Positions 28,459-38,494 of a stretch of DNA of 64,000 nucleotides are shown here, in pieces; positions within the stretch are counted from its first letter, which is position 1, and every line of letters begins with the position of its first letter. The stretch is from positions 32,001-96,000 of the forward strand of contig JBIJDH010000023.1 of NCBI GenBank assembly GCA_044344255.1. The letters run 5' to 3'. The DNA is from Myxococcota bacterium. GTDB lineage: Bacteria > Myxococcota_A > UBA796 > UBA2385. The notes below the pieces were generated by a model, which made no database searches, was not told the DNA's origin, and saw only the letters and a program-made list of their open reading frames with translations. The position numbers and the translations under genes were made by a program.

Positions 28459-29757
28459 TCAGCCCTCTTCGATCTCGACGATGGGATCGAGCCCGTAGGG
28501 CTCCCGGCTGATCGAGCGCCAGGCGGCGTCGGCCCACGCGAAGTCGGCCTCGTCGGCGAAGGTGGCCGTCATCACGACGGCAGAGGGCACCTCGGTGGAG
28601 AACATCTGCCCGCCGAAGACGACGACGGAGCGGTCGTCCGGGTCGCGGCCCATCTGGCAGAGCCCGGCGAGCCCGGGGGCCTCGAAGGCCCAGGCGCGGC
28701 CGCCGTGGCGGAGCTCGGGGCGGCGGGCCCCGCTCATCACGGTGACCCAGAGGGTGTGCGGCCCGTCGAAGGCGCAGAGGGTGCCGTCGTCCTCGAGGCG
28801 CTCGCCGAAGGAGCCCGGCAGCGTGATCCACCAGCCGGCCGGCAGACGGACGCGCACCGGGCGGCGCCGGTAGCCGAGGGGGGGGGCCTTCGGGGCGGCC
28901 TCGCGGGCCCGGTCTGCGCGCTGGGCGACCTCTCGGACGAGGTGGCCCTCGGAGCCGATGAGGGTGTGGAGCTCGGCCCAGGCGACCCAGGGCAGGTCGA
29001 GGTTCGGCTCGAGCTCGTGGGCGCGCGCGAGGAGGCCGTCGATCTCGACGAGGGTGGCGGTCTCCTCGCGGGACTGCGGGGGCCGCCAACGAACGTCAGT
29101 CCAGAGCGCCGACAGGGCGCGGCCGCGCAGGTAGCGGGCGCCGAGGCCCGGCTCGGGCCAGGGGAAGGCGTCGACCAGCCGGAGTGAGCCCACCGCGGCC
29201 CCGGCGAGCCAGGCCATCCCTTGTGGGCCGAGCGGGCTCGCGGTGACGCCGTCGTGTTGGAACAGCACGTCGTCCGGGAGGAGCAGGGGCGGGCAGATCC
29301 CGGTCTCGGTCAGGTCGTCCAGGGCCGCCCGCGCCGCGGCGATCAGGCGGGCGCTCGCCGCCTCGCTCGACCAGCTCGGGCTCCGCTGCAGCGGCGGCTC
29401 GAAGGCGAGGTCGAGGTGGAGGGCGAGGTCTTGGAGCTCGCGGGTGAGGAGGTCGAGGTAGCCGGGCCCGACGAGGAGGGGGTCAGCCTCGACCCGCAGC
29501 TGGTCGCCCGACTCAGCGGTGACGCGCACGCCGCGGTCGAGGGGGTGGAGGCGGAGGTGGAGGGCCGGCGGCTCTCCCACCGCGATCACGCGCTGACAGG
29601 AGACGAGCAGCGCGCTGCACCGTCGCCGGAAGTGCTGCTCCACGGCGGAGAGCAGGTTCATCGGCGAGCCGGTCCGGAACTCGCCGACACAGCGCCCGAC
29701 GCTCGCGATGGCGCCTTCGAGGAGCGGGGCCGCGGGCACGGGCAGCGGCTCAGTCAT
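28459..29757 (-). CDS. Hypothetical protein
   Basis: 432-aa ORF with normal composition whose start overlaps the lgt stop. No family recognised. Confidence 0.7.
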   Translation of the reverse strand: MTEPLPVPAAPLLEGAIASVGRCVGEFRTGSPMNLLSAVEQHFRRRCSALLVSCQRVIAVGEPPALHLRLHPLDRGVRVTAESGDQLRVEADPLLVGPGYLDLLTRELQDLALHLDLAFEPPLQRSPSWSSEAASARLIAAARAALDDLTETGICPPLLLPDDVLFQHDGVTASPLGPQGMAWLAGAAVGSLRLVDAFPWPEPGLGARYLRGRALSALWTDVRWRPPQSREETATLVEIDGLLARAHELEPNLDLPWVAWAELHTLIGSEGHLVREVAQRADRAREAAPKAPPLGYRRRPVRVRLPAGWWITLPGSFGERLEDDGTLCAFDGPHTLWVTVMSGARRPELRHGGRAWAFEAPGLAGLCQMGRDPDDRSVVVFGGQMFSTEVPSAVVMTATFADEADFAWADAAWRSISREPYGLDPIVEIEEG

Positions 29758-30649
29758 CCCCGTCCTCGGCCTCCGGTCGGAGGGGCTGCTCGGGAGCGCG
29801 GCCCTGGGGGAGGCGGATGGCGACGATGATCAGGCTCACCAGCACCATCGCGGCGGCGACGGTCTGCGAGGTGGAGAGGGTGACCGGCCCGAAGGTGTGG
29901 AGCCCGCGCACGTCGTCGCCGCGGAAGTGCTCGATGGTGGCGCGCAGGCCGGCGTAGAGCAGCAGCATCGCCGACATCACGACGCCGTCGAAGCGGCGGT
30001 GGTGCTTCCAGATCCACGAGAGCACCAGGAAGAGCAAAAAGGCCCCGCCCGACTCCATGAGCTGCGTGGGGTAGACCGGGATGTCGGTGAGCGCGGCCAC
30101 GCCCGCGCCGGGCCCGCTCTCGAAGACGAGGCCGAGGTAAGGGGCGCCGTCGAGCGTGGCGATGTGACCATGCGGGAAGGGGAGCAGGGTGCCCGTCTCC
30201 TTCGCCGCGATGGCAAGGCCATGGCAGCAGCCCGCCGAGAAGCAGCCGAGGCGGCCGATGGCGAGGCCGAGCATGATCGAGGGGGCGCCGATGTCAAACA
30301 GCTTCCAGGGCGAGATCTGGCGCGCCATCGCGTAGACGCCCCCGGCGACGATCCCGCCGATGGCCCCGCCGTAGAAGGCGAAGCCGCCCTTCGCAGGGTC
30401 AAAGAAGGCGAGGAGCCCCTCCTCGCGGAGGACGTCAACGTCGGTGGACATCGCGAAGTGCAGCACCCGAGCCCCGACGAGGCCGGCGCCCATCGCGATC
30501 AGGTACATCGGGACGAGCTTGTCGGGGTCAATGCCCACCCGCGGCGCTCGGAGGCTCGTCACCGCGGCCGCGCCGAGGAAGGCCAGCATGACGAGCAGGC
30601 CCCAGGTGTGGAGCTCGATGCCGTTCAGGCTGAACAAGGTTGGGAACAT
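29750..30649 (-). CDS. lgt: Prolipoprotein diacylglyceryl transferase
   Basis: MFPTLF, GLVGAR, GGFAFYGG, AIGRLGCF.AGCC.G, YPTQL.E, R..IEHFRGD, STSQ. Confidence 0.92.
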   Translation of the reverse strand: MFPTLFSLNGIELHTWGLLVMLAFLGAAAVTSLRAPRVGIDPDKLVPMYLIAMGAGLVGARVLHFAMSTDVDVLREEGLLAFFDPAKGGFAFYGGAIGGIVAGGVYAMARQISPWKLFDIGAPSIMLGLAIGRLGCFSAGCCHGLAIAAKETGTLLPFPHGHIATLDGAPYLGLVFESGPGAGVAALTDIPVYPTQLMESGGAFLLFLVLSWIWKHHRRFDGVVMSAMLLLYAGLRATIEHFRGDDVRGLHTFGPVTLSTSQTVAAAMVLVSLIIVAIRLPQGRAPEQPLRPEAEDGDD

Positions 30650-30725
30650 GGATTAAGAGCGCCGCCCGGCAGGAGGGGGCTCCCCCTATCACCCTGCCCG
30701 CCCCGCTACCCGCCCCGGAGCCTCT

Positions 30726-31592
30726 GTGAAGGACGCCTTCATCGTCAGCGCCCTCTCTCTCGTGCCGAAGAACGCCGCGACGCGGATGCTCGGGCACGTC
30801 AACCGCCTGTCCTTGCCGCGCTTCCTGCACCGAATGCTGCTGCGCTGGTACATCGGGCACTATGGGGTCGATCTGTCCGAGTGTGTCGGCGGCGCCGACG
30901 ACTACGCGAGCCTCGCCGACTTCTTCGTGCGCCCCCTCAAGCCCGGGATGCGCACGATCGATCCGCGCCCCGAGGTCCTGGTGAGCCCGGTCGACGCGAA
31001 GGTCCACACCTTCGGCAAGATCGAGGCCGGCTCTTTCTTGCAGTACGACGGCAAGCGCTCGAGCGTGGCGCTGCTGCTCGGCGCGGGTGACCCTCGCCTC
31101 CCCGGCGTCCAGGCAGACCTCGCCGCCCGCTACGAGGGGGGCCAGTTCGCCGTGCTCTACCTCTCGCCCAAGGACTACCACCGCGTCCACACGCCCGAGG
31201 CGGGGGTGGTGCGCCGCCTGCGTTACCTTCCGGGCAAGCTCTGGCCTGTGTTTCCGGCGGCGACCCGCAAGGTGGACGACGTCTTCTCGCGGAACGAGCG
31301 GCTCGTCTTCGAGCTCGAGACGGAGCGCTTCGGCCTCGTCACCGAGGTGATGGTGGGGGCCTTCGGGGTGGGGCGGATGACCACCGTGGTCGACCCGCTC
31401 ATCACCAACCAGGGCCTCCCCGCCGTCGAGAAGGCGCTCTCTCCCGCGCCGGCCCTCGGTCGGGCGGCTGAGCTTGGCCGCTTCGAGATGGGCAGCACCG
31501 TCATCCTGTTGCTCGAGCCCGGGAAGGGAGAGTGGACCCTTCAGATTGGCGCCCCCGTGCGCCTCGGGCAGCCGATCGCAAGACGGGTGTGA
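30726..31592 (+). CDS. psd: Phosphatidylserine decarboxylase proenzyme
   Basis: FFVRPLKPGMR, VSPVD, YLSPKDYHRVH, NER, MVGA and the self-cleavage motif GRFEMGSTV. Confidence 0.93.
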   Translation: MKDAFIVSALSLVPKNAATRMLGHVNRLSLPRFLHRMLLRWYIGHYGVDLSECVGGADDYASLADFFVRPLKPGMRTIDPRPEVLVSPVDAKVHTFGKIEAGSFLQYDGKRSSVALLLGAGDPRLPGVQADLAARYEGGQFAVLYLSPKDYHRVHTPEAGVVRRLRYLPGKLWPVFPAATRKVDDVFSRNERLVFELETERFGLVTEVMVGAFGVGRMTTVVDPLITNQGLPAVEKALSPAPALGRAAELGRFEMGSTVILLLEPGKGEWTLQIGAPVRLGQPIARRV

Positions 31593-31640
31593 CGGCGCTG
31601 TAGTCAGGGTATGGAAGGGGACTCGGACGGAGTTCCCATC

Positions 31641-34600
31641 ATGCGTATCCTGGCCCCCCTCTCGCTCTTCCTCTTCCTCGCCGCCTGCTCGGACAAGGGC
31701 TCGGGAGGCTCTGACGGCACCGACGGCACTGACGGCACCGATGGCACCGACGGCACCGACGGCACCGACGGCACCGACGGCTCGGATGGGGGCGGCGACA
31801 CGAGCGGCCTCACCGACGCCGACGGCGACGGCTACTACCTCGAAGAGGACGACTGCGACGACTCCGACGCCGCGGTGAACCCCGCCGCCGCCGAGGTCTG
31901 TGACGGCCTCGACAACAACTGTGTGGATGGCGCGGATGAGGGGCTCGAGACCAGCCTCTGGTACCCTGACGCCGACGCCGACGGCTTCGGGCAGTTCGAC
32001 GCCACCGGCACCGAGGCCTGCGCCCAGCCCCCGGGCTTCGTCGGCGAGAACACCGACTGCGACGACACCGACGTCGAGCTCTACCCGGGAGCGGAGGAGG
32101 TCTGTGACGGCCTCGACAACGACTGCGACGGCGAGCTCGACGAGGCGGGGGCGACCGGCGAGGTCACCTGGTACGTCGACATGGACGGGGACGGGCACGG
32201 CACCACCGACATGACCGTCGTGTCCTGCGAGGCCCCCGTCGACTATGCCGCGGAGAGTGACGACTGCGACGACACCCGCAACGACATCTTTCCCGGCGCC
32301 GACGAGTCCAACTGCGCCGATCCCACCGACTACAACTGTGATGGATCGGTGGAGTACACCGACGCCGACTCCGACGGCTATGCCGCCTGCGTGGACTGCG
32401 ACGACACCGCCGCTGACCTCAACCCCGGCGCCACCGAGGTCTGCGACGGGCTCGACAACGACTGCGACACGCTCACCGATGACCTCGACGACTCGATTGA
32501 CCTCACCACCGGCCTCTCCTTCTACGGTGACACCGACGGGGACACGTTTGGCGAGGCGCTCGACTCCCTGCTCGCTTGTGAGGCGCCCACCGGCTTCGTG
32601 AGCGACGACACCGACTGCGACGATGACGACAGCAGCAGCTACCCCGGCGCGCCGGAGTCCTGTGACACCACCGACCACGACTGCAACGGCGTGGCCGACG
32701 ACAGCTACTCCACCGACGCGCTCACCTGGTACGCCGACACCGACGGTGACACCTACGGTGACCTCGCCAACACCACCCCCGCCTGTACGCTGCCCGCCGG
32801 CTACGTCGCGGACTCCGCCGACTGCGACGATGGCGACGTCGGAATCAACCCCGGTGCGCTGGAGGTCTGCGGCGGCGCCGACGAGAACTGCGACACCGTC
32901 GTAGACGAGTCCACCGCCGCCGACGCGCTGACCTGGTACGCCGACACCGACGGCGACACCTACGGTGACCCCGCCGTCACCACCCCGGCCTGCACCCTCC
33001 CCGCCGACTATGTGGCCGACGCCGAGGACTGTGACGACAGCGACCCGGACACCAACCCCGGGGCGCTCGAGTACTGCGGCGGCGCCGATGAGAACTGCGA
33101 CGGCGCGACCGATGAGGACAGCGCGGCCGACGCCTCCACCTGGTACGAAGACGCCGACAGCGACGGCTTCGGCGCGCCGGACAGCACCCGGGTGCAGTGC
33201 ACCCAGCCCACGGGCTACCTCGCCGACGCCACCGACTGCCTCGACACCGACCTCAGCGTCAACCCCGACGGCACCGAGGTCTGTGACGATCAGCTCGACA
33301 ATGACTGCGACGGCACCCAGAACGGCTGCGTGTTCAGCTCGCCCGTCCTCTCCTCGAGCGCCGACGCCATCTTCACCGGTGAGGCGGCCAACAACAACGC
33401 GGGGAGCGCGGTGGCTGCCGCAGGCGACGTCAACGGTGACGGCATCGACGACGTGCTCGTCGGCGCCGAGTTCAGCCGCGGCGGCAGCTCGGGCTTCAAG
33501 CGGGGCCGCGCTTACCTCGTCCACGGCTCGGTCTCCGGGACCCGCGCCCTCTCCACCGCCGACGCGATCTTCTCGGGCGCGGTCAATTCCAACTACACCG
33601 GCAACGCGCTCACCGGCGCCGGCGACGTGGATGGGGACGGCTACGACGACATGCTGATCGGCGCCTATGGGCGCGCCAACTCCTCCGGGGCCTCGAACGC
33701 CGGCGCCGCACACCTCCTCTTCGGACCCCAGAGCGGCTCGGTCACGCTCACCGGCGTCGGCACGACCTTCGAGGGGGTCGCGGCGACGGACTACGCAGGC
33801 TACTCGGTGGGCCGGACTGACCTCGACGCCGACGGCCTCTCTGACCTCCTCATCGGCGCCAACCGCGCCGACACCGGCGGCACCGACGGCGGCGCCGTCT
33901 ACGTCTTCTACGGGGGCGCGCAGTCCGACTTCTCCACGACCGTCTCCCTCTCCGGGGCGGCCGCCACCCTGGTCGGCGCCGCGGGCGACCAGACCGGTCG
34001 GTACCTCTCAGGCTCGGGCGACGTCGATGGTGATGGGTTTGGCGACATCCTCGCCGGCGCCCACGCCAATGACTCGGACGGGACCGACGCTGGGCTCGCC
34101 TACCTCGCCCTCGGCCCGCTGAGCGGCCTCGTGACCCTGAGCACGAGCGCCACCGCCACCTGGACGGGCGTGAGCGCCAGCGACTACGCCGGCTGGTCCG
34201 TCGCCATCGTCGGCGACACCAACGCCGACGGCTACGACGACGCCCTCATCGGCGCCAACCAGGCCGACTCCGTCGCCTCCAACTCGGGCGCCGCCTACCT
34301 CGTGCTCGGCAGCGCCACGCCGGCCTCCGGCTCGCTGTCCGGCGCCGCCGCGCGCCTCGACGGCCTGCTGGTCGGCGACAAGGTTGGGCAGTCGGTGGCG
34401 GGCGCCGGTGACGTCAACGGGGACGGCATGGCGGACCTCCTCGTCGGCTCCGACCTCGTCAACGCGAGCGGCCTCCGGGACAACGGCGCGACCTACCTCG
34501 TCCACGGGCCGGTCAGCGGCATCGTCCTGCTGTCGGCCGCCTCGGCGACCTTCCAGGGCAGCGCCATCGACCAGTCCTTCGCCACCTCGATCAACGGGGC

Positions 34601-34700
34601 CGGCGACGTGAACAATGACGGTCAGGCCGACATCCTCGTCGGCGCCACCGGCTATGGCACGGGCGGCGGGGCCTTCCTGTTCAACGGCATCGGCTACTGA
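31641..34700 (+). CDS. Lipoprotein with 8 Cys/Asp-rich (Cu-binding_MopE-type) repeats and C-terminal FG-GAP propeller
   Basis: Lipobox LAAC, (DGT)7 linker, 8x DCDD...PGA.E.C...D.NCD, then 7 FG-GAP-like GDV.GDG..D.L.GA repeats. Confidence 0.88.
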   Translation: MRILAPLSLFLFLAACSDKGSGGSDGTDGTDGTDGTDGTDGTDGTDGSDGGGDTSGLTDADGDGYYLEEDDCDDSDAAVNPAAAEVCDGLDNNCVDGADEGLETSLWYPDADADGFGQFDATGTEACAQPPGFVGENTDCDDTDVELYPGAEEVCDGLDNDCDGELDEAGATGEVTWYVDMDGDGHGTTDMTVVSCEAPVDYAAESDDCDDTRNDIFPGADESNCADPTDYNCDGSVEYTDADSDGYAACVDCDDTAADLNPGATEVCDGLDNDCDTLTDDLDDSIDLTTGLSFYGDTDGDTFGEALDSLLACEAPTGFVSDDTDCDDDDSSSYPGAPESCDTTDHDCNGVADDSYSTDALTWYADTDGDTYGDLANTTPACTLPAGYVADSADCDDGDVGINPGALEVCGGADENCDTVVDESTAADALTWYADTDGDTYGDPAVTTPACTLPADYVADAEDCDDSDPDTNPGALEYCGGADENCDGATDEDSAADASTWYEDADSDGFGAPDSTRVQCTQPTGYLADATDCLDTDLSVNPDGTEVCDDQLDNDCDGTQNGCVFSSPVLSSSADAIFTGEAANNNAGSAVAAAGDVNGDGIDDVLVGAEFSRGGSSGFKRGRAYLVHGSVSGTRALSTADAIFSGAVNSNYTGNALTGAGDVDGDGYDDMLIGAYGRANSSGASNAGAAHLLFGPQSGSVTLTGVGTTFEGVAATDYAGYSVGRTDLDADGLSDLLIGANRADTGGTDGGAVYVFYGGAQSDFSTTVSLSGAAATLVGAAGDQTGRYLSGSGDVDGDGFGDILAGAHANDSDGTDAGLAYLALGPLSGLVTLSTSATATWTGVSASDYAGWSVAIVGDTNADGYDDALIGANQADSVASNSGAAYLVLGSATPASGSLSGAAARLDGLLVGDKVGQSVAGAGDVNGDGMADLLVGSDLVNASGLRDNGATYLVHGPVSGIVLLSAASATFQGSAIDQSFATSINGAGDVNNDGQADILVGATGYGTGGGAFLFNGIGY
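31713..31781. repeat. 9-bp tandem repeat GACGGCACC x7 (DGT linker)
   Basis: Read directly from the sequence. Confidence 0.9.
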
Positions 34701-34721
34701 GGCGCCGTCGGGGCGCGGCCG

Positions 34722-35855
34722 TCACTTCGGCGGCGGCGGCGCCTCGGTCTTCGCGGGCTCGGTCGGCTTGGCGGCCTCCGGGGGCTTGACGGCCTCCGGG
34801 GGCTTGACGGCCTCCGGGGGCTTGACGGCCTCCGGGGGCTTGACGGCCTCGGCGGGGGGCGCCTCGGGCGGGGCGGCGGGCTCCGTGGTCTCGACCGTCG
34901 GCGGCGGGTTGAGGAAGGCGCGCAGGGCCTCTCGCACCTTCACCGGCGCCTCCTCCTGGGGGAAGTGGCCGACCCCGGCGAGGGGCAGCGAGGTGGCGCT
35001 CGGGAAGGCGGTCTGCCAGCGGGCGAGGTCGGCCGGGGAGACGGTGGGGTCGTCCATCCCCCAGATGAACAGCGCCGGCTTCTGGGCGATGCGGTCGCGC
35101 TTGTCCCAGAGGCCCTGGTAGAACGACGCGCCGTTGTCGAGCTGAGCGCCGAGGCGCCAGGGGCCCTGGCGGTGCTCGGGCGTCGGGAAGGGGCCGGTGT
35201 AGGCCTCGAGGACCTCGGGGCTCAGGCTGTGGCCGTCGCCCAGCACCTTCGGGATGAGCTTGCGGGGGGAGATGTCCCGCTGCAGGTAGAGGTAGCGGCC
35301 GAGGGGGCGCTCGACGAAGTTGCTGATGCGCGCCACCTGCGGATCGTCGGAGAGCGACCACATCCAGGAGTTGAGCACGACGATGCGCTTGACGTTCTCG
35401 GGGTGCTCGATGGCGTAGGAGAGGCCGATCGGCCCGCCGAAGTCATGCACGACGAGCGTGATGTCGTGCAGATCGAGCTTGTTGATCAGGGTCTCGAGGT
35501 TCTTGGCGTGGGCGGCGGGCGTGTAGAGCCAGCTCTCGGGCTTGTCGGAGAGCCCGAAGCCGATGTGGTCCACCGCCACCACCCGGTGGTCCTTGCGGGT
35601 GTCGCGCATCGTGTCCCGCCAGAGGTAAGACCAGGTGGGCGTGCCGTGCACGAAGACGACCGCCTCGCCTTCGCCTTCATCGATGTAGTGCATGTTCCCG
35701 CCGTCGACGGGCAGGAAGCGGGAGGCGAAGGGGTAGGCGCGGAGATCGACCCAGTCGATGCTCGTGGTCGGGCTGCCCGGCTTGAAGACCACGGGCTCGC
35801 GGATGGCGCAGCCGAGGCCGAGGGCGGCGAGGAGCCAGGTCGAACGGTGAGACAT
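34722..35855 (-). CDS. Alpha/beta hydrolase, haloalkane dehalogenase-like fold, probable lipoprotein
   Basis: LGLGC lipobox, MHYIDEGEG, VHGTPTWSYLWR, DHIGFGLSDKP, VVHDFGGPIG, GHFPQE. C-terminal (EAVKPP)n tail. Confidence 0.85.
   Translation of the reverse strand: MSHRSTWLLAALGLGCAIREPVVFKPGSPTTSIDWVDLRAYPFASRFLPVDGGNMHYIDEGEGEAVVFVHGTPTWSYLWRDTMRDTRKDHRVVAVDHIGFGLSDKPESWLYTPAAHAKNLETLINKLDLHDITLVVHDFGGPIGLSYAIEHPENVKRIVVLNSWMWSLSDDPQVARISNFVERPLGRYLYLQRDISPRKLIPKVLGDGHSLSPEVLEAYTGPFPTPEHRQGPWRLGAQLDNGASFYQGLWDKRDRIAQKPALFIWGMDDPTVSPADLARWQTAFPSATSLPLAGVGHFPQEEAPVKVREALRAFLNPPPTVETTEPAAPPEAPPAEAVKPPEAVKPPEAVKPPEAVKPPEAAKPTEPAKTEAPPPPK
34765..34850. repeat. 18-bp tandem repeat x~4.8 (EAVKPP tail)
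   Basis: GGCTTGACGGCCTCCGGG units, read directly. Confidence 0.9.
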
Positions 35856-36037
35856 GTGGGTTTCTCCTGCGGCCCTTCGGGGCGGCCCCTACAGCGCGGC
35901 CGGGGGCCGATGGTCAAGCGCACCTTACGATATCCTGCGGTCGCGGAGCAGGGTAGCACGGTCCCCGGCCATCCTCGGCTACACTGGCGCCTCTCCTTGG
36001 CGGCGCGCTCGGCGGCGCCGCACCCGCGGAGCTCGGA

Positions 36038-37150
36038 ATGGTCCTGGTCGCGCTGATCTCCCTCCTGGCCTGCTCCGGCAAAGACTCGGAGTCGACTGGC
36101 CCTGGCTCTGGCGGGGACACCGGCGAGGCCCTCGATCCGCTCGCCTGGCTCAACGAGCCCGGGCCCTACCGCGCCGGCTACCGCACGGTCGAGGTCCGCT
36201 ACACCGAGCCGCTCAGCGGGGAGGTGCGGGCGCTGCGCACCGCGGTCTGGTACCCGACGCTCGACACCACCGGCTCCTCGCCCACCTACTTCGGCGGCCT
36301 CGACCCCGACGCCCTCGAGGCGGCCACCCCCGCCACGGGCCCCTTCCCGCTCCTCGTCTACTCGCACGGTCACCAGGGTTACGCCGAGGCCTCGAGCTTC
36401 CTGATGACCCACCTCGCCTCGCATGGCTGGGTGGTGGCCGCGCCGGACCACACGGGCAACACCACCCTCGACGGCGGCGAGCGAGAGACCGCCATCTACT
36501 ACGAGCGCCCGCTCGACATCTCCGCCGTGATCGACCACTTCGCCGCCCTCCCCGACGGCGAGCCCTGGAGCGACACGCCGACCGACTCCGTGGGGGTGAT
36601 CGGCCACAGCTTCGGCGGCTACACGAGCTTCGCCCTTGGCGGCGCCCAATACGACTTGGACACCCTCGCGCCGGCCTGCGCGGATGGGACGTACACCGGT
36701 GACTTCTGCGTGGGCATGACCAGCGAGGCCGAGGCGCTCCTCCGCGCCGGCCTCACAGACCCCCGCGTCTCCGGCCTCCTGGCGATGGCCCCCGGCGACT
36801 TCGACCTCTTCGCCGAGGCCGGGGTGGGCGCGGTGAGCGTGCCCACGATGCTGATGACCGGCACGCTCGACCCCTCCACCGAGGGCGGCGGCGCGCGCTA
36901 CGAGGCGGCCCTGCAGGTGGAGCCGCGCTGGTCGCTCTCCATCGAGGGGGGCGGCCACATGACCTTCACCGACTTCTCCGAGATCCTCGAGCCCATCGAG
37001 GGGATCATCCCGAAGGAGGATGGCTGGCAGATCGTGCGTGTCTACGGCGCCGCCTTCGCCTACGGCCTCCTCGGAGACGAGCGCGTGGCCTCGATCCTCG
37101 ACGGGAGCCTCTCCGTCGGCCCGGCCGCGCTCCTCACCCCTACGCCCTGA
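36038..37150 (+). CDS. Alpha/beta hydrolase lipoprotein (dienelactone hydrolase/PAF-AH-like)
   Basis: LLAC lipobox, VWYPT, PLLVYSHG, HLASHGWVVAAPDH.G, RPLD, nucleophile GHSFGG, GGHMTF. Confidence 0.85.
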   Translation: MVLVALISLLACSGKDSESTGPGSGGDTGEALDPLAWLNEPGPYRAGYRTVEVRYTEPLSGEVRALRTAVWYPTLDTTGSSPTYFGGLDPDALEAATPATGPFPLLVYSHGHQGYAEASSFLMTHLASHGWVVAAPDHTGNTTLDGGERETAIYYERPLDISAVIDHFAALPDGEPWSDTPTDSVGVIGHSFGGYTSFALGGAQYDLDTLAPACADGTYTGDFCVGMTSEAEALLRAGLTDPRVSGLLAMAPGDFDLFAEAGVGAVSVPTMLMTGTLDPSTEGGGARYEAALQVEPRWSLSIEGGGHMTFTDFSEILEPIEGIIPKEDGWQIVRVYGAAFAYGLLGDERVASILDGSLSVGPAALLTPTP

Positions 37151-37189
37151 GCGGGCCCCCGGTCTGCCGCGGCCCCGCAGGGCGCGCTC

Positions 37190-37225
37190 GGAAGGACCAC
37201 CGGAAAGACCACAGGAAGGACCATG
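37190..37225 (+). repeat. 12-bp triple direct repeat over the RBS/start of the M20 gene
   Basis: GGAAGGACCACC GGAAAGACCACA GGAAGGACCATG; the last unit contains the SD and ATG. Confidence 0.8.
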
Positions 37226-38494
37226 AGCCCAGACCTCGGCCCCGCCGCCCTCCGAATCGACGAGGCGCGCCTCGCCGCCGCCCTCGCGGCCCTGGGCGAG
37301 CTGGGCGGCTACGACGACGCCCGCCTCGGCCTGCGGGGCGTGAACCGCCTCGCGCTCACCCCCGCCGACGGCCTCGGGCGCGCGCACGTCGTCGCCCGGA
37401 TGCGGGCCCTCGGCCTCGCGGTCACCGTCGATCGCATCGGCAACGCCTATGGGCGCTGGGAGGGGGAGGACCCCGCCCTCCCGCCCCTGATGATCGGCTC
37501 CCACATCGACTCCGTGCCCACCGCGGGCCGCTTTGACGGCTGCCTCGGCGTGCTGGGCGGCCTCGAGGTGGTGGCCACCCTCGCGGGGGCGGGCCTGCGG
37601 CCGCGGCGGTCGATCGTCGTCGCCTTCTTCACCGACGAGGAGGGCTGCCGCTTCGGCACCGACATGCTCGGGAGCGCCGTCGCCACCGGGCGCCTCGCCC
37701 TCGAGGCCGCCTACGCGCTCACCGACCGCGAGGGCAAGCGCCTCCGCGATGAGCTCGAGGCCATCGGCTTCCTCGGCGAGGCCCCCGAGCGCGTGGAGCC
37801 CCCCTTCGCCTACCTCGAGTGTCACATCGAGCAGGGCCCGGTGCTGGCCGCCGAGGGCCTCGAGGTGGGCGTGGTCACGGGCGTCCAAGGGATCTCCTGG
37901 TGGGAGCTGCACATCGAGGGGGAGTCGGCCCACGCGGGCACCACCCCGATGGAGCTCCGCCACGACGCCGGCGTGGCCGCGGCGCGCATCAACCTCTCCC
38001 TGCGCGAGCTCATCGCCAGCGGTCGCCTCGGCGAGCTGCGGGCGACCATGGGGGCGATCGAGCCGCAGCCCGGCCTCGTCAACATCGTCCCCGGTCGCCT
38101 GCGCTGCACCGTCGACCTCCGCAACCCCGACGAGGCCCGCCTCGTGGCCGCCGAGGAGGCCCTCCACGCCCTCATCGCCGAGGTCGAGCGCCTCGAGGGG
38201 GTGACCATCACCGCCCGACAGACCGCCCGCACCCCGCCGGTGGCCTTTGACCCCGCGCTCCAAGATGCGGTCGAGGCCGCCGCGGCGGGGCTCGGGCTGC
38301 GCCACCGCCGCATCATCTCGGGGGCCGGCCACGACGCCCAGGAGTTCTCGCGGATCTGCCCCACGGCGATGATCTTCGTCCCCGGCCAGAACCGCGGCAT
38401 CAGCCACAACCCGGCCGAGTCCTCGAGCCCGCGCCAGTGCGCCGACGGCGTGGACGTGCTCCTCCAGGTGGTGCGGCGGCTCTGCGAGGTCTGA
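37223..38494 (+). CDS. M20 family Zn-dependent amidohydrolase (N-carbamoyl-L-amino acid hydrolase/allantoate amidohydrolase type)
   Basis: GSHIDSV..AGRFDG.LGV, DEEG.RF, E.HIEQGPVL, HAGTTPM..R.DA, SGAGHDA, GISHNPAE. Confidence 0.92.
   Translation: MSPDLGPAALRIDEARLAAALAALGELGGYDDARLGLRGVNRLALTPADGLGRAHVVARMRALGLAVTVDRIGNAYGRWEGEDPALPPLMIGSHIDSVPTAGRFDGCLGVLGGLEVVATLAGAGLRPRRSIVVAFFTDEEGCRFGTDMLGSAVATGRLALEAAYALTDREGKRLRDELEAIGFLGEAPERVEPPFAYLECHIEQGPVLAAEGLEVGVVTGVQGISWWELHIEGESAHAGTTPMELRHDAGVAAARINLSLRELIASGRLGELRATMGAIEPQPGLVNIVPGRLRCTVDLRNPDEARLVAAEEALHALIAEVERLEGVTITARQTARTPPVAFDPALQDAVEAAAAGLGLRHRRIISGAGHDAQEFSRICPTAMIFVPGQNRGISHNPAESSSPRQCADGVDVLLQVVRRLCEV

Noticed and set aside
34722..35855. 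True haloalkane dehalogenase paired with the halogenase
   Set aside because: It has HGTPT and DFGG rather than HG(N/E)P and DWG, so the usual halide-stabilising residues appear absent. It is also 25 kb from the halogenase.
21552..38407. Long antisense ORFs (21552-24080, 24593-26842, 30528-33713, 35486-38407)
   Set aside because: Each overlaps well-supported genes on the opposite strand and has no recognisable motifs.
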